Counted from the stretch's first letter, positions 53,432-64,000 are shown. The stretch: DNA of 64,000 nt from an uncultured Actinomycetota bacterium (GCA_963808705.1 CAWEHB010000001.1:72397-136396), one strand, 5' to 3'. Numbers and translations: made by a program. The notes: a model not told the origin generated them from the letters alone.

Positions 53432-53963
53432 CGGCCCTCCCGGAAGCGCGGTGCCCGTCGATCCCCCCTGAAGCGCGGTGCGCGCTGGCCCCTCTCGCGG
53501 CCAGGTGGACCGCGCTGATGATCTTCTGGTAGCCGGTGCACCGGCAGAGGTTGCCTGCCAGCGCCTCCCGGATCTGCCCGTCTGAGGGGTCTGGCTCCTG
53601 GCGGAGCAGGTCGTGAACGGCCATCACCAGTCCCGGGGTGCAGAAGCCGCACTGGACCGCGCCGGCGTGCGCGAACGCTTCCTGGACCGGGTCCAGCTCG
53701 CCGCTGGCCGCTAGCCCTTCCACCGTGACGACATCCCGGCCCGCGGCCTGCCCGGCCAGCACCAGGCACGAGCACACCAGGCCTCCGGCCAGGTAGACGG
53801 CGCAGGAGCCGCATTCCCCCTGCTCGCAGGCGTTCTTCGTGCCGGTCAGGTGCAGCCCGTCGCGCAGGACGGTCAGCAGGCTCTCGCCGGCGCCGACGTT
53901 GTCGATCACGCGCGGTTCGCCGTTCACGGTCAGGCGCAGTCTCATCCCGCCCGCCCGTCTCAT
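53412..53963 (-). CDS. (2Fe-2S)-binding small subunit of an XDH-family enzyme (canonical, all Cys present)
   Basis: CEQGECGSC..C, QCGFCTPG and NLCRCTGY. There are two in-frame ATGs (53963 and 53945) because of an 18-bp duplication. It overlaps the downstream gene by 20 nt. Confidence 0.9.
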   Translation of the reverse strand: MRRAGGMRLRLTVNGEPRVIDNVGAGESLLTVLRDGLHLTGTKNACEQGECGSCAVYLAGGLVCSCLVLAGQAAGRDVVTVEGLAASGELDPVQEAFAHAGAVQCGFCTPGLVMAVHDLLRQEPDPSDGQIREALAGNLCRCTGYQKIISAVHLAARGASAHRASGGIDGHRASGRADDHHDS

Positions 53964-53976
53964 CCCGCCCGCCCGT
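53941..53976. repeat. 18-bp tandem duplication (ctcatcccgcccgcccgt x2) duplicating the ATGA stop/start junction
   Basis: Read directly at 53941-53958 and 53959-53976. Confidence 0.9.
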
Positions 53977-54853
53977 TCCCTTGCGGCCCCTCTCTCAGGT
54001 AGTCGTCCCAGGCCCAGTCAAGGACCCGGCCGGCCATGACCCGCAGGGCCTGGGCGCGGTAGGCGGCCGTCCCGCGCACGTCGTCGACCGGCCGGGCCGC
54101 CGACGCGACGAGATCGGCGAACTTGCTCTTCACGGCGTCGCCGAGCGGCCGGGGCGCCTCCCAGAGGCCGCCCTCGGCGAGCACGCCCTCCAGGAAGCGC
54201 TCGGCCCCGGCCGCCTGCAAGGGCACCGGCCCCGCCGAGCCGATACCCGTGCCTACCCGGCCGCGGTCCGGGTGCAGCGCCAGGGCGAACGAGCACACCG
54301 CGATGACCATGGCGTTACGGGGCCCGACCTTGGCAAACTGCTGCGGTCCGCTGGCCCGCGGCACGTACACCGCGCTGATCAGCTCATCCGGCGCCAGCGC
54401 GTTCTGCTTGGGTCCCGTGAAGAAGTCCGTGATCGCGATCCGCCTGGTCCCGGCCACGGAGGCGACCTCGACCTGTGCCCCGGCGGCCAGCAATGGCGGA
54501 TGAGCGTCACCGGCCGGGGAGGCCGTGCCCAGGTTGCCGCCGATCGTGCCGCGGCGGCGGATCTGTGGCGAGCCGACCGTCCGCGCCGCCAGCGCGAGCG
54601 CCGGGAAGTCGCGCCGCAGTGCCGGTATGAGGTGCTCATAGGTCGCGGTGGCGCCGAGCCGCAGCCACCCGTCGTCCGCGGACACCTCATCCAGGCGTGG
54701 AACCCGGCCGAGGTCGATGAGCGCAACGGGGTGGCACCGGTGGAAGTTGAGCTCCACCAGGAGATCTGTGGCGCCCGCCACGGGAAGCCCGTCGGGGAGC
54801 CCGGCCCTGGCCTCCAGGGCCTCGGCCCAGGCGGCCGGCTGCAGGAAGTGCAC
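53960..54853 (-). CDS. XDH-family FAD-binding subunit
   Basis: VAGATDLLVELN, and GTIGGNLGTASPAGDAHPPLLAAGAQV. GTG start. The stop overlaps the FeS gene ATG. Confidence 0.9.
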   Translation of the reverse strand: MHFLQPAAWAEALEARAGLPDGLPVAGATDLLVELNFHRCHPVALIDLGRVPRLDEVSADDGWLRLGATATYEHLIPALRRDFPALALAARTVGSPQIRRRGTIGGNLGTASPAGDAHPPLLAAGAQVEVASVAGTRRIAITDFFTGPKQNALAPDELISAVYVPRASGPQQFAKVGPRNAMVIAVCSFALALHPDRGRVGTGIGSAGPVPLQAAGAERFLEGVLAEGGLWEAPRPLGDAVKSKFADLVASAARPVDDVRGTAAYRAQALRVMAGRVLDWAWDDYLREGPQGNGRAG

Positions 54854-54866
54854 CGGAATCGCTCCT

Positions 54867-55844
54867 CTAGCTCATGGTCAGCGCCATGACTGCCTTCTGG
54901 GCATGCAGGCGGTTCTCTGCCTCGTCGTAGACGGCCGACTGCGAGCCGTCGATCACCGCGTCGGTGACCTCGATGTTGCGGTCCGCGGGCAGCGGGTGCA
55001 TGAAGATGGCGTCCGGGCCGGCCGTGGCCATCCGGGGCTCGTCGGTGATCCACGCCTTGTATGAGTCGATGATCTTCGCGCCCTCGGCCGCGTCCGGCGT
55101 GGTGAGCAGGGCCCCCCAGCTCTTGGCGTAGACGACGTCGGTGCCGCGGATGCCCTCGTCGAAGTCGTGCAGGATCTCGAAGCCGGCCCGGGCCCGCCGG
55201 GCATTCTCCTGTGCCTGCTCGATTATCTCCGGCATGAGCATGAACTCGGGCGGGTGGACCAGTCGGACGTTCATGCCGAACCGCGGCAACAGCAGCGCCA
55301 GGCTCTGCGGGACGCTGATCGGCTTCTGGTAGCTGGATGCGTACGCCCAGCTGATGGTGGCGGTGCGGCCCCGCGGATCACCGAAGCGCTCGATGATCGT
55401 CATCAGGTCAGCCAGCGCCTGATGGGGGTGGTAGATGTCGCACTGCATGTTGAGCACGGGTACCCGGCTGGCCTCGGCGACCTCGCGCAGGTACTTGTTG
55501 CCTTGCTGCCAGTCGACGTAGCGGATCGCGATGCCGTCGTTGTAGCGGCCGAGGATCTCGCCGATCTCCCTGGCCGTGTCGCCGTGCGCGATCTGGGTGG
55601 TCCGGCTGTCGATGAACATCGCATGCCCGCCGAGCTGGGCCATGCCCGCCTCGAACGAGGCCCGGGTGCGGGTGCTGGGGAAGAAGAACAGCATAGCCAG
55701 GACCTTGTCCCGCAGGTACGGGTGCGGCCGCCCGAGCGCGCGGTCGCGCTTGAGCTCGAACGCGACGTCGAGCAGCGTGGTGATCTCGTCCTTGGTCCAC
55801 TCCTGCAGGTCGATGAGGTCGCGGCCGCGAAGATTGGTCTGCAT
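54867..55844 (-). CDS. Ornithine/putrescine-carbamoyltransferase-family enzyme; substrate unknown (YgeW/oxamate-CTase-type role possible)
   Basis: FFFPSTRTRASFE (carbamoyl-phosphate site), HPHQALAD, and HPLPADRNIEV in place of the OTCase HCLP. Confidence 0.85.
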   Translation of the reverse strand: MQTNLRGRDLIDLQEWTKDEITTLLDVAFELKRDRALGRPHPYLRDKVLAMLFFFPSTRTRASFEAGMAQLGGHAMFIDSRTTQIAHGDTAREIGEILGRYNDGIAIRYVDWQQGNKYLREVAEASRVPVLNMQCDIYHPHQALADLMTIIERFGDPRGRTATISWAYASSYQKPISVPQSLALLLPRFGMNVRLVHPPEFMLMPEIIEQAQENARRARAGFEILHDFDEGIRGTDVVYAKSWGALLTTPDAAEGAKIIDSYKAWITDEPRMATAGPDAIFMHPLPADRNIEVTDAVIDGSQSAVYDEAENRLHAQKAVMALTMS

Positions 55845-55853
55845 GGCCGGCTC

Positions 55854-56816
55854 CTACCCGGCCGCGCCGAGGACCAGGGCGAGCAGCGCCATACGCAGGA
55901 CCACGCCGTTGAAGGCCTCGGCCCAGTACCTGTTGTGGCGGGTTTCGTCCACGTCCGGGGGAAGCTCGTCCATCCGGGGCAGCGAATGCAGGATGATCGA
56001 GTCGCTCTTGGCCTTGCTGCGCAGCAGCTCCCTGGTGACCCGGTAGGCGGCCGGGGTGAGCGGGTGCTCCGCGGTGGGCTCCACCCGCGACTTCTCGTAG
56101 TCGGCCTGCACCACCGGCTCCATGTAGATGACGTCGGCCTCCGCGATGCACTTCTCCGTGCTCTCCGCCTCCCGGTACTGCGTGTTCCGCTCGTCAAGCT
56201 CCGCCCTGAACTCCGGCAGCAGGGACATCTCCGGCGGGCTGACCACGAACGCCTCCATGTCGAACTGCGACATCGCGTACAGGATCGAGTGCATCGTGCG
56301 CATACGCATGTCGCCGACGCACAGCACCTTCAGCCCGTCGAGCCGGCCCCTGGACAGCCAGATGGTGTAAAGGTCGGTGAGCACCTGGGTCGGGTGCTCA
56401 CCCCAGCCGTCCCCGCAGTTGATGACCGGCACCGACGCCCAGCGGGCGGCCTCGGCCGGCGCGCCCTGCTGGTAGTGGCGCATGGCGATGACATCGCCGT
56501 AGTACTCCAGCATGTGCACGGTGTCCTTGATCGACTCCTGGTAGAAGTCCCCGGCCCTGGTCATCTTCATGTCGGCGAAGCCGAGCACGTGCCCCCCGAG
56601 CCGGTGCATGGCCGCCTCGGTGGCCATCCGGGTGCGCGTGCTCGGCTGGTAGAAGGCGGTGAGCAGGATCTTGTCTTTCAGCAAGCCGCCGTTGCGGCGT
56701 TCCTCCGCGAAGGGCCGGAGCTCGTCGCATACCCGGAAGATCTGGAAATACTCATCACGCTCCATGTCCTTCAGGGACAGGATGTCCCGGCCGAGAAAGC
56801 TTCGCATGGCAGCCAC
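55854..56816 (-). CDS. Aspartate-carbamoyltransferase-like (PyrB-family) enzyme
   Basis: YQPSTRTRMATE, GEHPTQVLTDL and LHSLPR. Length 320 aa. Confidence 0.85.
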   Translation of the reverse strand: MAAMRSFLGRDILSLKDMERDEYFQIFRVCDELRPFAEERRNGGLLKDKILLTAFYQPSTRTRMATEAAMHRLGGHVLGFADMKMTRAGDFYQESIKDTVHMLEYYGDVIAMRHYQQGAPAEAARWASVPVINCGDGWGEHPTQVLTDLYTIWLSRGRLDGLKVLCVGDMRMRTMHSILYAMSQFDMEAFVVSPPEMSLLPEFRAELDERNTQYREAESTEKCIAEADVIYMEPVVQADYEKSRVEPTAEHPLTPAAYRVTRELLRSKAKSDSIILHSLPRMDELPPDVDETRHNRYWAEAFNGVVLRMALLALVLGAAG

Positions 56817-56822
56817 CCCTCC

Positions 56823-57887
56823 TCATCGGGCACCAGCGGGGTGCTCGTCGGTTTCCTCCCGGCCTCCGGCCGGACCAGGCTTGCGGGCAAACGTGTCGAT
56901 CATGAGCTCGACATCGTCGCCGAGCGGGTACAGGATCGGGCACGTGGCGCCCGCCGTGATGTACTCGGCGACCTTGGCCTGGCACTCCTCGGGGGTGCCC
57001 GACGCCGAGATCATCTGGACGGCCTCATCCGGCACCAGCTTCATCGCCCGGCGGATGTCGGCCGCGCTGGCCGGCCAGGTGAGGATCTTCCCGATCTCCG
57101 CGATCAGCGCAGGGTCGACCCCGCTGGCCTTCATGATGTGCGGCTGCTGCCCGAGGTACTGGGTCAGCAGTTCCCTGGATCGGTCGAGCGCCGTGTCACG
57201 GTCGGTGTCCACCGAGCAGACCACCAGCTGCGGCCGGTCGATCTCCCCGACGGTCCGCCCGGCCCGGGCCGCGCCTGCCGCGAGCGCGTCGAGCGCCCGC
57301 CGGTTGTAGTCGGGGCTGACCATGTAGTTGAGCAGGACGCCATCGGCGATCTCGCCGGCCAGCTCCATCATCTTCATTCCGGTAGCGCCGACGTAGATCG
57401 GCACGTCCCGCGGGGAGCGGTCGCCGTGCACTATGTCGATCTCCACGTCGTCGAGGTGCACGAACTCGCCGTGGTAGGACACCCGCTGCAGGGTGAGCAG
57501 TTGCCTGGCCGCCTCGACGACCTCGCGCATGGCCGTCAGCGGCCTGCGCCGGTCCACGCCCACCTTCGACGCCAGGGGTTCCCACCAGGCACCGAGGCCC
57601 ATCATGATCCGGCCGGGCGCGAGCTCGGATAGCGTTGAGAACGTGGCCGCGAGCAGGCCGACGTTCCTCGTCCAGATGGGGATCACGCCGGAGCCGATCT
57701 TGATCCGGCGGGTCACCGCGGCGTAGGCGGCCATCGGCACCGTCGCCTCCCGCACCAGCCTGCTCTCTGCCTGCCACACCGCCTCGAACCCGCGGGACTC
57801 GGCGTACTGCGCGTAGCGCATGCCGTCCCGGATCGGGTGCTTGTCCTGGAGGTACAGGGCCATCCGGCCCTCGGACGTCGCCGTCAT
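56823..57887 (-). CDS. LLM-class flavin/F420-dependent oxidoreductase
   Basis: [15 protein letters not shown]...[12 protein letters not shown]...MGLGAWWEP. The ATG at 57887 overlaps the upstream TGA (ATGA). Confidence 0.85.
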   Translation of the reverse strand: MTATSEGRMALYLQDKHPIRDGMRYAQYAESRGFEAVWQAESRLVREATVPMAAYAAVTRRIKIGSGVIPIWTRNVGLLAATFSTLSELAPGRIMMGLGAWWEPLASKVGVDRRRPLTAMREVVEAARQLLTLQRVSYHGEFVHLDDVEIDIVHGDRSPRDVPIYVGATGMKMMELAGEIADGVLLNYMVSPDYNRRALDALAAGAARAGRTVGEIDRPQLVVCSVDTDRDTALDRSRELLTQYLGQQPHIMKASGVDPALIAEIGKILTWPASAADIRRAMKLVPDEAVQMISASGTPEECQAKVAEYITAGATCPILYPLGDDVELMIDTFARKPGPAGGREETDEHPAGAR

Positions 57888-59311
57888 CTCGCCTCGCCTC
57901 CCTGGGGCGCGAAATCGTGCTGCGGGATGTCCTCCAGCCGCGCCCACATCCGCCCGGCCTGCGCGGCCGCCTCGGCCGCGAGCGCGGCCTGGTCCACGCG
58001 GGTCGAGCGCCGGTCGGCGACGACCAGTTCGCCGGCCACCACCACGTCCCTGACCTGCCCGGGCGACAGGCCGAAGACCCAGTGCCCGGCGACGGTGCCC
58101 GCCGACAACGGCGTCGGGGCGGCGTAGTCGAGCACGGTGATGTCGGCGGGCGCGCCGGCCCTGATCCGGCCGAGTAGCGGCTCGCCGAAGACCTGGCCGG
58201 CCGCGCGCGAGCCGGCGGCGAGACGGGCGAGCGGCCACGACGGGGACGTGAGCAGGCTCGCCTCCCTGGCCCGGAAGAACGCCGCCTGCGACTCGGTGAT
58301 CATGTCGCCGCCGATGCCGTCGGTGCCCAGCGCGATCCGCCCGGCGCCGCGCGGGCCGGGGCTCTCGTCTCCGGCCGCGGGGGGTTCCGGGCCATCGGGG
58401 TCTGGGGTGTCCCCAGGGAGCGGAGTGCCCACCCGGGTCGGCACAGTCACCGGGCTGTGGCCGACGCCGTTGTTCATGTTGCTGCGGGCGTTGTGCGCGA
58501 TCGTCGCGCCGGAGGCGAGCAGGATCTCGCGCTCCCGGGAGTCGACGTGCACGCAGTGCGCGAGCAGGGCGCGCTCGGTGACCACGCCCGCCGCGGTCAG
58601 CCGGTCCACCACGCGGCACCCGTGCCCGGCCAGCGCGTCTCGCTGGTCGGCGGCGTCCTCGGCCACGTGAATGTGCACGCCCGTGCCGGCCTCAGCGGCC
58701 GCGCCGGCGCAGGCCTCGAGCGTCGCGTCGGACATCGTGAACGACGCGTGCGCGCCCATCAGGCCGCGGGCCAGCGGCTGGCCGGCCTTGAGGAACCTGG
58801 TGTTCTCGGCGATGCCCGCGACGGCCCGGTCTTCGCCGTCCCGATCGGTCACCTCGTAGCACAGCACCGAGCGCAGCCCGAGCTCGCCGAGGGCGGACGC
58901 GATGACGTCGAGCGACCCGTCGATGAAATTCGGCGAGGCGTGATGGTCGAAGACGGTGGTCGTCCCGGCCAGCAGCGCGTCCAGGCCGCCTGCCAGCGCC
59001 GACATCCGGATACTCCGCTCGTCCAGCGCCCGGTCCAGCCGCCACCAGATGCGCTGCAGGATCTGCAGGAAGTTCCCTGGCGGGGCCAGCCGGTAGGGCA
59101 TGCCCCTGGACAGCGCCGAGTACAGGTGGGTGTGCGCGCACACGTTGCCCGGCAGGACCAGGGTGCCGGAGCAGTCTCGGCGCGGCATCCCCCGCGGGGC
59201 GGGACCGACCGCGGCGATCCGGTCACCGTCGATCACGACGTCGGCGCTGGCCAGCTCGACCGGATCGAGGCCGAGCACGACGGTGCCGCCGCAGAGCGCC
59301 AAGGTGCTCAT
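57884..59311 (-). CDS. SsnA-like amidohydrolase (chlorohydrolase/aminohydrolase family) with an inserted Pro/Gly/Asp-rich loop
   Basis: [26 protein letters not shown], and [11 protein letters not shown] ... LGTDG. The ATG at 59311 overlaps the upstream TGA. Confidence 0.85.
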   Translation of the reverse strand: MSTLALCGGTVVLGLDPVELASADVVIDGDRIAAVGPAPRGMPRRDCSGTLVLPGNVCAHTHLYSALSRGMPYRLAPPGNFLQILQRIWWRLDRALDERSIRMSALAGGLDALLAGTTTVFDHHASPNFIDGSLDVIASALGELGLRSVLCYEVTDRDGEDRAVAGIAENTRFLKAGQPLARGLMGAHASFTMSDATLEACAGAAAEAGTGVHIHVAEDAADQRDALAGHGCRVVDRLTAAGVVTERALLAHCVHVDSREREILLASGATIAHNARSNMNNGVGHSPVTVPTRVGTPLPGDTPDPDGPEPPAAGDESPGPRGAGRIALGTDGIGGDMITESQAAFFRAREASLLTSPSWPLARLAAGSRAAGQVFGEPLLGRIRAGAPADITVLDYAAPTPLSAGTVAGHWVFGLSPGQVRDVVVAGELVVADRRSTRVDQAALAAEAAAQAGRMWARLEDIPQHDFAPQGGEAR

Positions 59312-61905
59312 GGGCGCCGTCCCAGCCTGGGCACGGCCGCTGCCGCGGCCGGCGAGTCCTTCATCGGAAGCCTGGTCCGGTACCGGCCGTCGAAGGCGTG
59401 CAGCGCGCCAGCCACCGCGCTCGCGGTGGGCACCAGCCCGATCTCGCCGATCCCCTTGGCGCCGTAGGGGCCCTCGGGCTGATATTCCTCGACGAAGACG
59501 CACTCGACGGGCGGCATTCCGGACGGCGGGATGATGTGCAGTGATTTCAGCGTCGTCGTTTCCGGGACCCCGCCGGTGACAACGAACTCCTCGGACAGGG
59601 CGTGGCCCAGGCCCATGTGCACGGCGCCCTCGACCTGGCCGGACAGCAGGGTGGGGTTGATCACCTTGCCGACATCGTGCGCCGCGATGACTCTTTCGAT
59701 CCGGCCGGCCTCGTCGAGCACGACGACCTGCGTGGCCCAGCCGTACGCGAAGTGCGTGACCGGGTTCGCCACGCCGGCACCTGGCTTGGTGGTCCAGTCG
59801 ATCAGCACCTCGCCGTAGAAATCCTGGCCGGCCAGGTCAGCCAGGCAGCGTCCGTTCAGATTCTTCTTCAGCTTGCTGGCCGCGTCGATGACGGCCCGTC
59901 CGCCGAGCACGGTGGCGCGCGAGGCGGTGGTCTGGCCGCAGCCGAGCTCGCGGGCGGTGTCGACGGCCACCCGGACCTGCCCGGGAGTCAGGCCGAGCTC
60001 CTCGCAGGCGATCTGCATGAGCACGGTGTGCACGCCCTGGCCCATTTCGGTCCAGGAATGGAACAGCGTCACCGAACCGTCGGTTTCGGGCCGCAGCACC
60101 ACCTTTCCGAATTCGGCCAGGCCATTGCCGACGCCGGTGTTCTTGACCGCGCAGCCGATGCCGGCGAACGGCGCGGCCCGGTAAGCGTCCCGCACCGCGA
60201 GCAGCGTCTTCTTGAGCCCGACGCCCGGGCCCAGCCGCTGGCCGGTGCCGTAGATGTCGCCCGCCTCGACGGCGTTGCGCCAGCGGATCTCCCAGCCGTC
60301 CAGGCCGGTGCGCTCGGCCAGGCGGTCCAGCATGCCCTCGATCGCGAAATTCGTCTGGTTCGCGCCGAACCCGCGCATCGCGCCGCACGGCGGGTTGTTG
60401 GTGTAGACGGCCCTGGCCTCGATGTCGACGGCATCGAACTTGTACGCGCCGCAGGCGTGGCCGGCGGCGCGCTCGAGCACCTTGGCGCCCACGCTGGCGT
60501 AGGCGCCGGTGTCACCGGTGATCCGCGCCCGCAGGCCGGTCAGCCGGCCCGCGCCGTCGCAGCCCACCGTGTAGGTGAGGGTCAGCGGGTGCCGCTTGAC
60601 GTGGAAGCGGATGCTCTCCGCCCGGCTCAGCGTCAGCTTGACCGGCCGGCCCGCGTGGCAGGCGAGCAGGGCGGCGTGCCCCTGGACGCCGAGATCCTCC
60701 TTGGCCCCGAACGCGCCGCCGGCCGACACCAGGGTGGCCCGGACCTTGTCCTCGGGGAGGCCCAGCAGGCCGGCGACCTGCCTGCGGTCGCTCCAGATGC
60801 CCTGGCCCTGCGAATAGAAGTGCACCCCGCCGCCGTCCGTCGGATAGGCCAGGGATGACTCGGGCTCCAGGAAGGCGTGCTCGATGAACTGGGTCTGGAA
60901 GGCCTCGGTGAGGACGTGCCCCGACCGCGCGAGCGCCGCCTCGACGTCGCCGCGCTTGACCTCGGAGACCGACAGCACGTTGCCGGGCGCGTGGGGGTGC
61001 AGCCGCGGCGCGCCGCGGGCCATCGCGCCGGCGGGGCTGGTGACCGGCTCCAGGACGTCATAGCTGACCTCGACCAGGGCCGCCGCCTCGCGCGCGGCGG
61101 CGCGGGTCTGCCCGGCGACCAGGGCGATCACGTCACCGACATACCTGGTTGTCTCGCCGGTCGCGACGAGTTGCGGCCAGTCCTGGGTGATCTCTCCCTG
61201 GACCCGCTCGCCGGGCACGTCGCCGGCCGTGAGCACGGCGAGCACGCCCGGATGGGCCAGCGCCCGGCTGGTGTCGACGGCGCGCACCACGGCGCGGGGG
61301 TGGTCGGCGAAGCGGATGGCGCCATGCAGCATGCCGGGCATGATCATGTCATTGACATAAGGCTTGTCACCGAGCGCGAGCTCGCGGCCCTGATAGCGGG
61401 CCGTCGGCGAGCCCACGCGGCCGCTGTGGTCGATGCGCGGCAACGGCCTGCCCTGCCTGACGCCGGCCGCCAGCATGATCGCGTCGATGATCTTGACGTA
61501 CCCGGTGCACCGGCACAGGTTGCCCGCCAGTGCCGAGGCCACCTCCTCCCTGGTCGGCTCCGGCGTCTTGGCCAGCAGCACCTCCGCCTTCATGAGGATG
61601 CCGGGCGAGCAGAAGCCGCACTGGGACGCGCCAGCGGCCACGAAGCAATCGGCCCACATCCGCCGGCCGACGGCGGAAAGCCCCTCCTGCGTGGTGACGG
61701 CCCGGCCCGCGAAGCGCTCGGCTGGCTGGGCGCAGGAAACGACGGCCTTGCCATCGACGATCACGGTGCAGGCGCCACATGATCCCTCGGGTGCGCAGCC
61801 GTCCTTGACCGATGTGACGCCGCAGCGGTCCCTGAGCGCCTCCAGCAGGTGCTCTCCGGTCCGGACGTCCGCGGATACCGCGGCACCGTTAAGCGTGAAG
61901 TCCAT
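59308..61905 (-). CDS. XdhD/Mop-like fused [2Fe-2S] + molybdopterin oxidoreductase (865 aa)
   Basis: N-terminal CAPEGSCGACTV, QCGFCSPG and NLCRCTGY are fused to a Mo domain (GGAFGAKED, NNPPCGAMRGFGANQ, PYGAKGIGE). Confidence 0.9.
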   Translation of the reverse strand: MDFTLNGAAVSADVRTGEHLLEALRDRCGVTSVKDGCAPEGSCGACTVIVDGKAVVSCAQPAERFAGRAVTTQEGLSAVGRRMWADCFVAAGASQCGFCSPGILMKAEVLLAKTPEPTREEVASALAGNLCRCTGYVKIIDAIMLAAGVRQGRPLPRIDHSGRVGSPTARYQGRELALGDKPYVNDMIMPGMLHGAIRFADHPRAVVRAVDTSRALAHPGVLAVLTAGDVPGERVQGEITQDWPQLVATGETTRYVGDVIALVAGQTRAAAREAAALVEVSYDVLEPVTSPAGAMARGAPRLHPHAPGNVLSVSEVKRGDVEAALARSGHVLTEAFQTQFIEHAFLEPESSLAYPTDGGGVHFYSQGQGIWSDRRQVAGLLGLPEDKVRATLVSAGGAFGAKEDLGVQGHAALLACHAGRPVKLTLSRAESIRFHVKRHPLTLTYTVGCDGAGRLTGLRARITGDTGAYASVGAKVLERAAGHACGAYKFDAVDIEARAVYTNNPPCGAMRGFGANQTNFAIEGMLDRLAERTGLDGWEIRWRNAVEAGDIYGTGQRLGPGVGLKKTLLAVRDAYRAAPFAGIGCAVKNTGVGNGLAEFGKVVLRPETDGSVTLFHSWTEMGQGVHTVLMQIACEELGLTPGQVRVAVDTARELGCGQTTASRATVLGGRAVIDAASKLKKNLNGRCLADLAGQDFYGEVLIDWTTKPGAGVANPVTHFAYGWATQVVVLDEAGRIERVIAAHDVGKVINPTLLSGQVEGAVHMGLGHALSEEFVVTGGVPETTTLKSLHIIPPSGMPPVECVFVEEYQPEGPYGAKGIGEIGLVPTASAVAGALHAFDGRYRTRLPMKDSPAAAAAVPRLGRRP

Positions 61906-61949
61906 CGCAGGTTCCCTTAACGCGCCGGCTCGGCCCGATGCCGGCCCGC

Positions 61950-63316
61950 TCAGTCACGGCGCACCCCGGTAAACAGCACGGCGACGCGCTCGTCCGCGCC
62001 GACCACCCCGGACTGCCTCAGGTCGAGCAGCCCGGCCAGGCCAGCCGACCCGGTCGGATCAACCGCGATGCCGGTCGCGGCGCCCAGTTCGTTCGCCTCG
62101 GCCAGCCTCTCCTCGGTGACGACCAGTGGCTGGCCGCCCGTGGTGAGCATGGCGCCGACCACGGCTCGCCAGTCGTAGGTCTCGTCATCGAGAATGCCGG
62201 TCGCGATGCTCTTGGGCTCGCTCTCCCATGGCCACATGTAGGCCGAACGGTGCTGCGCGGCCGAGGCGAGCGCCCGCCCGACGTCCGCGCGGCGCAGCCG
62301 TTCGGCGTTATTGCCCTGGCCAGCATCATCATCTTGGGGCAGCAGGGCACGGACCCGGGCGTACGCGCGTTCGAGCGGGTGGGCGCCGGTGGTCTGGACG
62401 GTGTGCAGCCGGGGCTCGCGGGCGATCGCGCCAAGCTCGGCGGCCTCGCGCAGGCCCTGGGCGCACGCGCTGGCCAGGGCGCCGCCGCCGACCTGGATGA
62501 CGATATGGTCAAACGCCGTCCCGGCCAGGTCTGACGCGATCTCATAGGCGATGGTCTCGCCGCCCTCGATCGCCAGGCCGTTCTCGTTGCCCTGGCAGGT
62601 GAAGGGCACCGCCCCGGCCGCAAGTTCCTCGCGCAGCCGCAGGTAGGCGGGATCGCCCGCTACCCCGGGCTCGCGCGGGCAGGCCACGACGTCGCTGCCC
62701 AGCCGGCGCAGCCGGGCCACGGTGCCGGCATCCGCGTCGGCCGGGACGAACACCCGAAGCCGCCGGCCGCCGGCCCGGGCCACGACGGCCGCGGCGAGGG
62801 CCGCGTTCCCGCAGCTGGCGATGGCCAGCGTGGAGCGGCCGGCCGGGGTGAGCCCGAGCCGCTCGGCGACTTCGAGGTGGATCAGCAGGCCCATCAGGTG
62901 CCGGCCCTTGTGCGACCCCGACACGTTCCCCGTCTCGTCCTTGACCCACACGCCGCCCGATTCCGAAAAGCCGAGCCGATCGCTCAGCAGGGTGTTCCTG
63001 TGCATGGGCGTGACCCGGAAGCCGCGGGAGTCCACCGCCGCCACCGATCGCTCGAGTGCGGCGATGAGCTGCACGTACTCGTCATCGTCCAGCCCGGCGT
63101 CCGTGGCGAGATGGTAGGAGTGCATGAGCGACCGGTAGCGGGCGAACGGGTCGGGCTCACCGCCGTCGGGGAAGCGCAGTGTGGTGGTATCCAGCACCCG
63201 GACCAGGATGTGGTCGACGTCGTCACCGTTCGCGTTGGGACACTTGAACGGATACGCCTCCGTGGCCGCCGCTACCCAGCCGCAGCCAGCGCAGCGAATG
63301 GATGAGCGCGCGGTGT

Positions 63317-63320
<4 letters not shown>
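61950..63320 (-). CDS. Fold-type II PLP-dependent enzyme (threonine-synthase/TrpB-like) with an N-terminal Cys-rich segment
   Basis: VKDETGNVSGSHKGRH (candidate PLP lysine), and GNAALAAAVVA... Length 456 aa. Confidence 0.75.

Positions 63321-64000
<680 letters not shown>

Overview
High-GC actinobacterial chromosomal DNA. The taxon cannot be verified here. It is densely coding, with about 55 credible CDSs. I saw no rRNA, tRNA, CRISPR array, transposase or integrase. Most of the long R/G/P-rich ORFs in the track are antisense or out-of-frame shadows of the real genes. Start codons were refined by hand from RBS position and translational coupling, so they are less certain than stops.

Layout:
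- (1) 1-2.9 kb: an XRE regulator divergent from a 75-aa leader/core-like peptide, a hairpin, and a polytopic M50-type HExxH protease.
- (2) 3-6 kb: a hypothetical protein, a GalT/HIT-like gene and a ferredoxin-reductase-like gene.
- (3) 6.0-9.0 kb, minus strand: a translationally coupled PTPS / methyltransferase / GT4 / SDR operon, possibly for a pterin glycoside.
- (4) 9.5-28.6 kb: housekeeping and accessory genes. These are a UbiB kinase, a flippase-like membrane protein, DUF2252, methyltransferase, LAL-type LuxR regulator, SIS, ACAD-like, B3/4, aminotransferase, LLM oxidoreductase, TauE and an acyl-CoA ligase.
- (5) 28.7-36.7 kb: a tandem ~4.09-kb duplication of a four-gene cassette. The genes are a Tat-signal beta-propeller-like protein, a signal-less 8-Cys DUF1906-like protein, a MauE-like membrane protein and a DUF4232 lipoprotein. 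Sequence identity between the copies is mosaic, and copy A has an in-frame gene fusion.
- (6) 37-41.6 kb: trxC, psuG and psuK, an S53 peptidase, an Smr protein and a holin-family protein.
- (7) 41.9-64 kb: a large purine-catabolism-type supercluster. Its plus-strand part is fhs, an XDH-like FAD subunit, a Mo subunit fused to a cysteine-less [2Fe-2S]-like domain, and an NCS1 permease. Converging on it is a minus-strand operon of at least 11 genes: two PLP enzymes, an XdhD-like gene, an SsnA-like gene, an LLM oxidoreductase, two carbamoyltransferases, XDH FAD/FeS/Mo subunits and adenine deaminase.

Several short tandem microduplications are scattered through the window. One 43-nt patch is shared between two distant genes.
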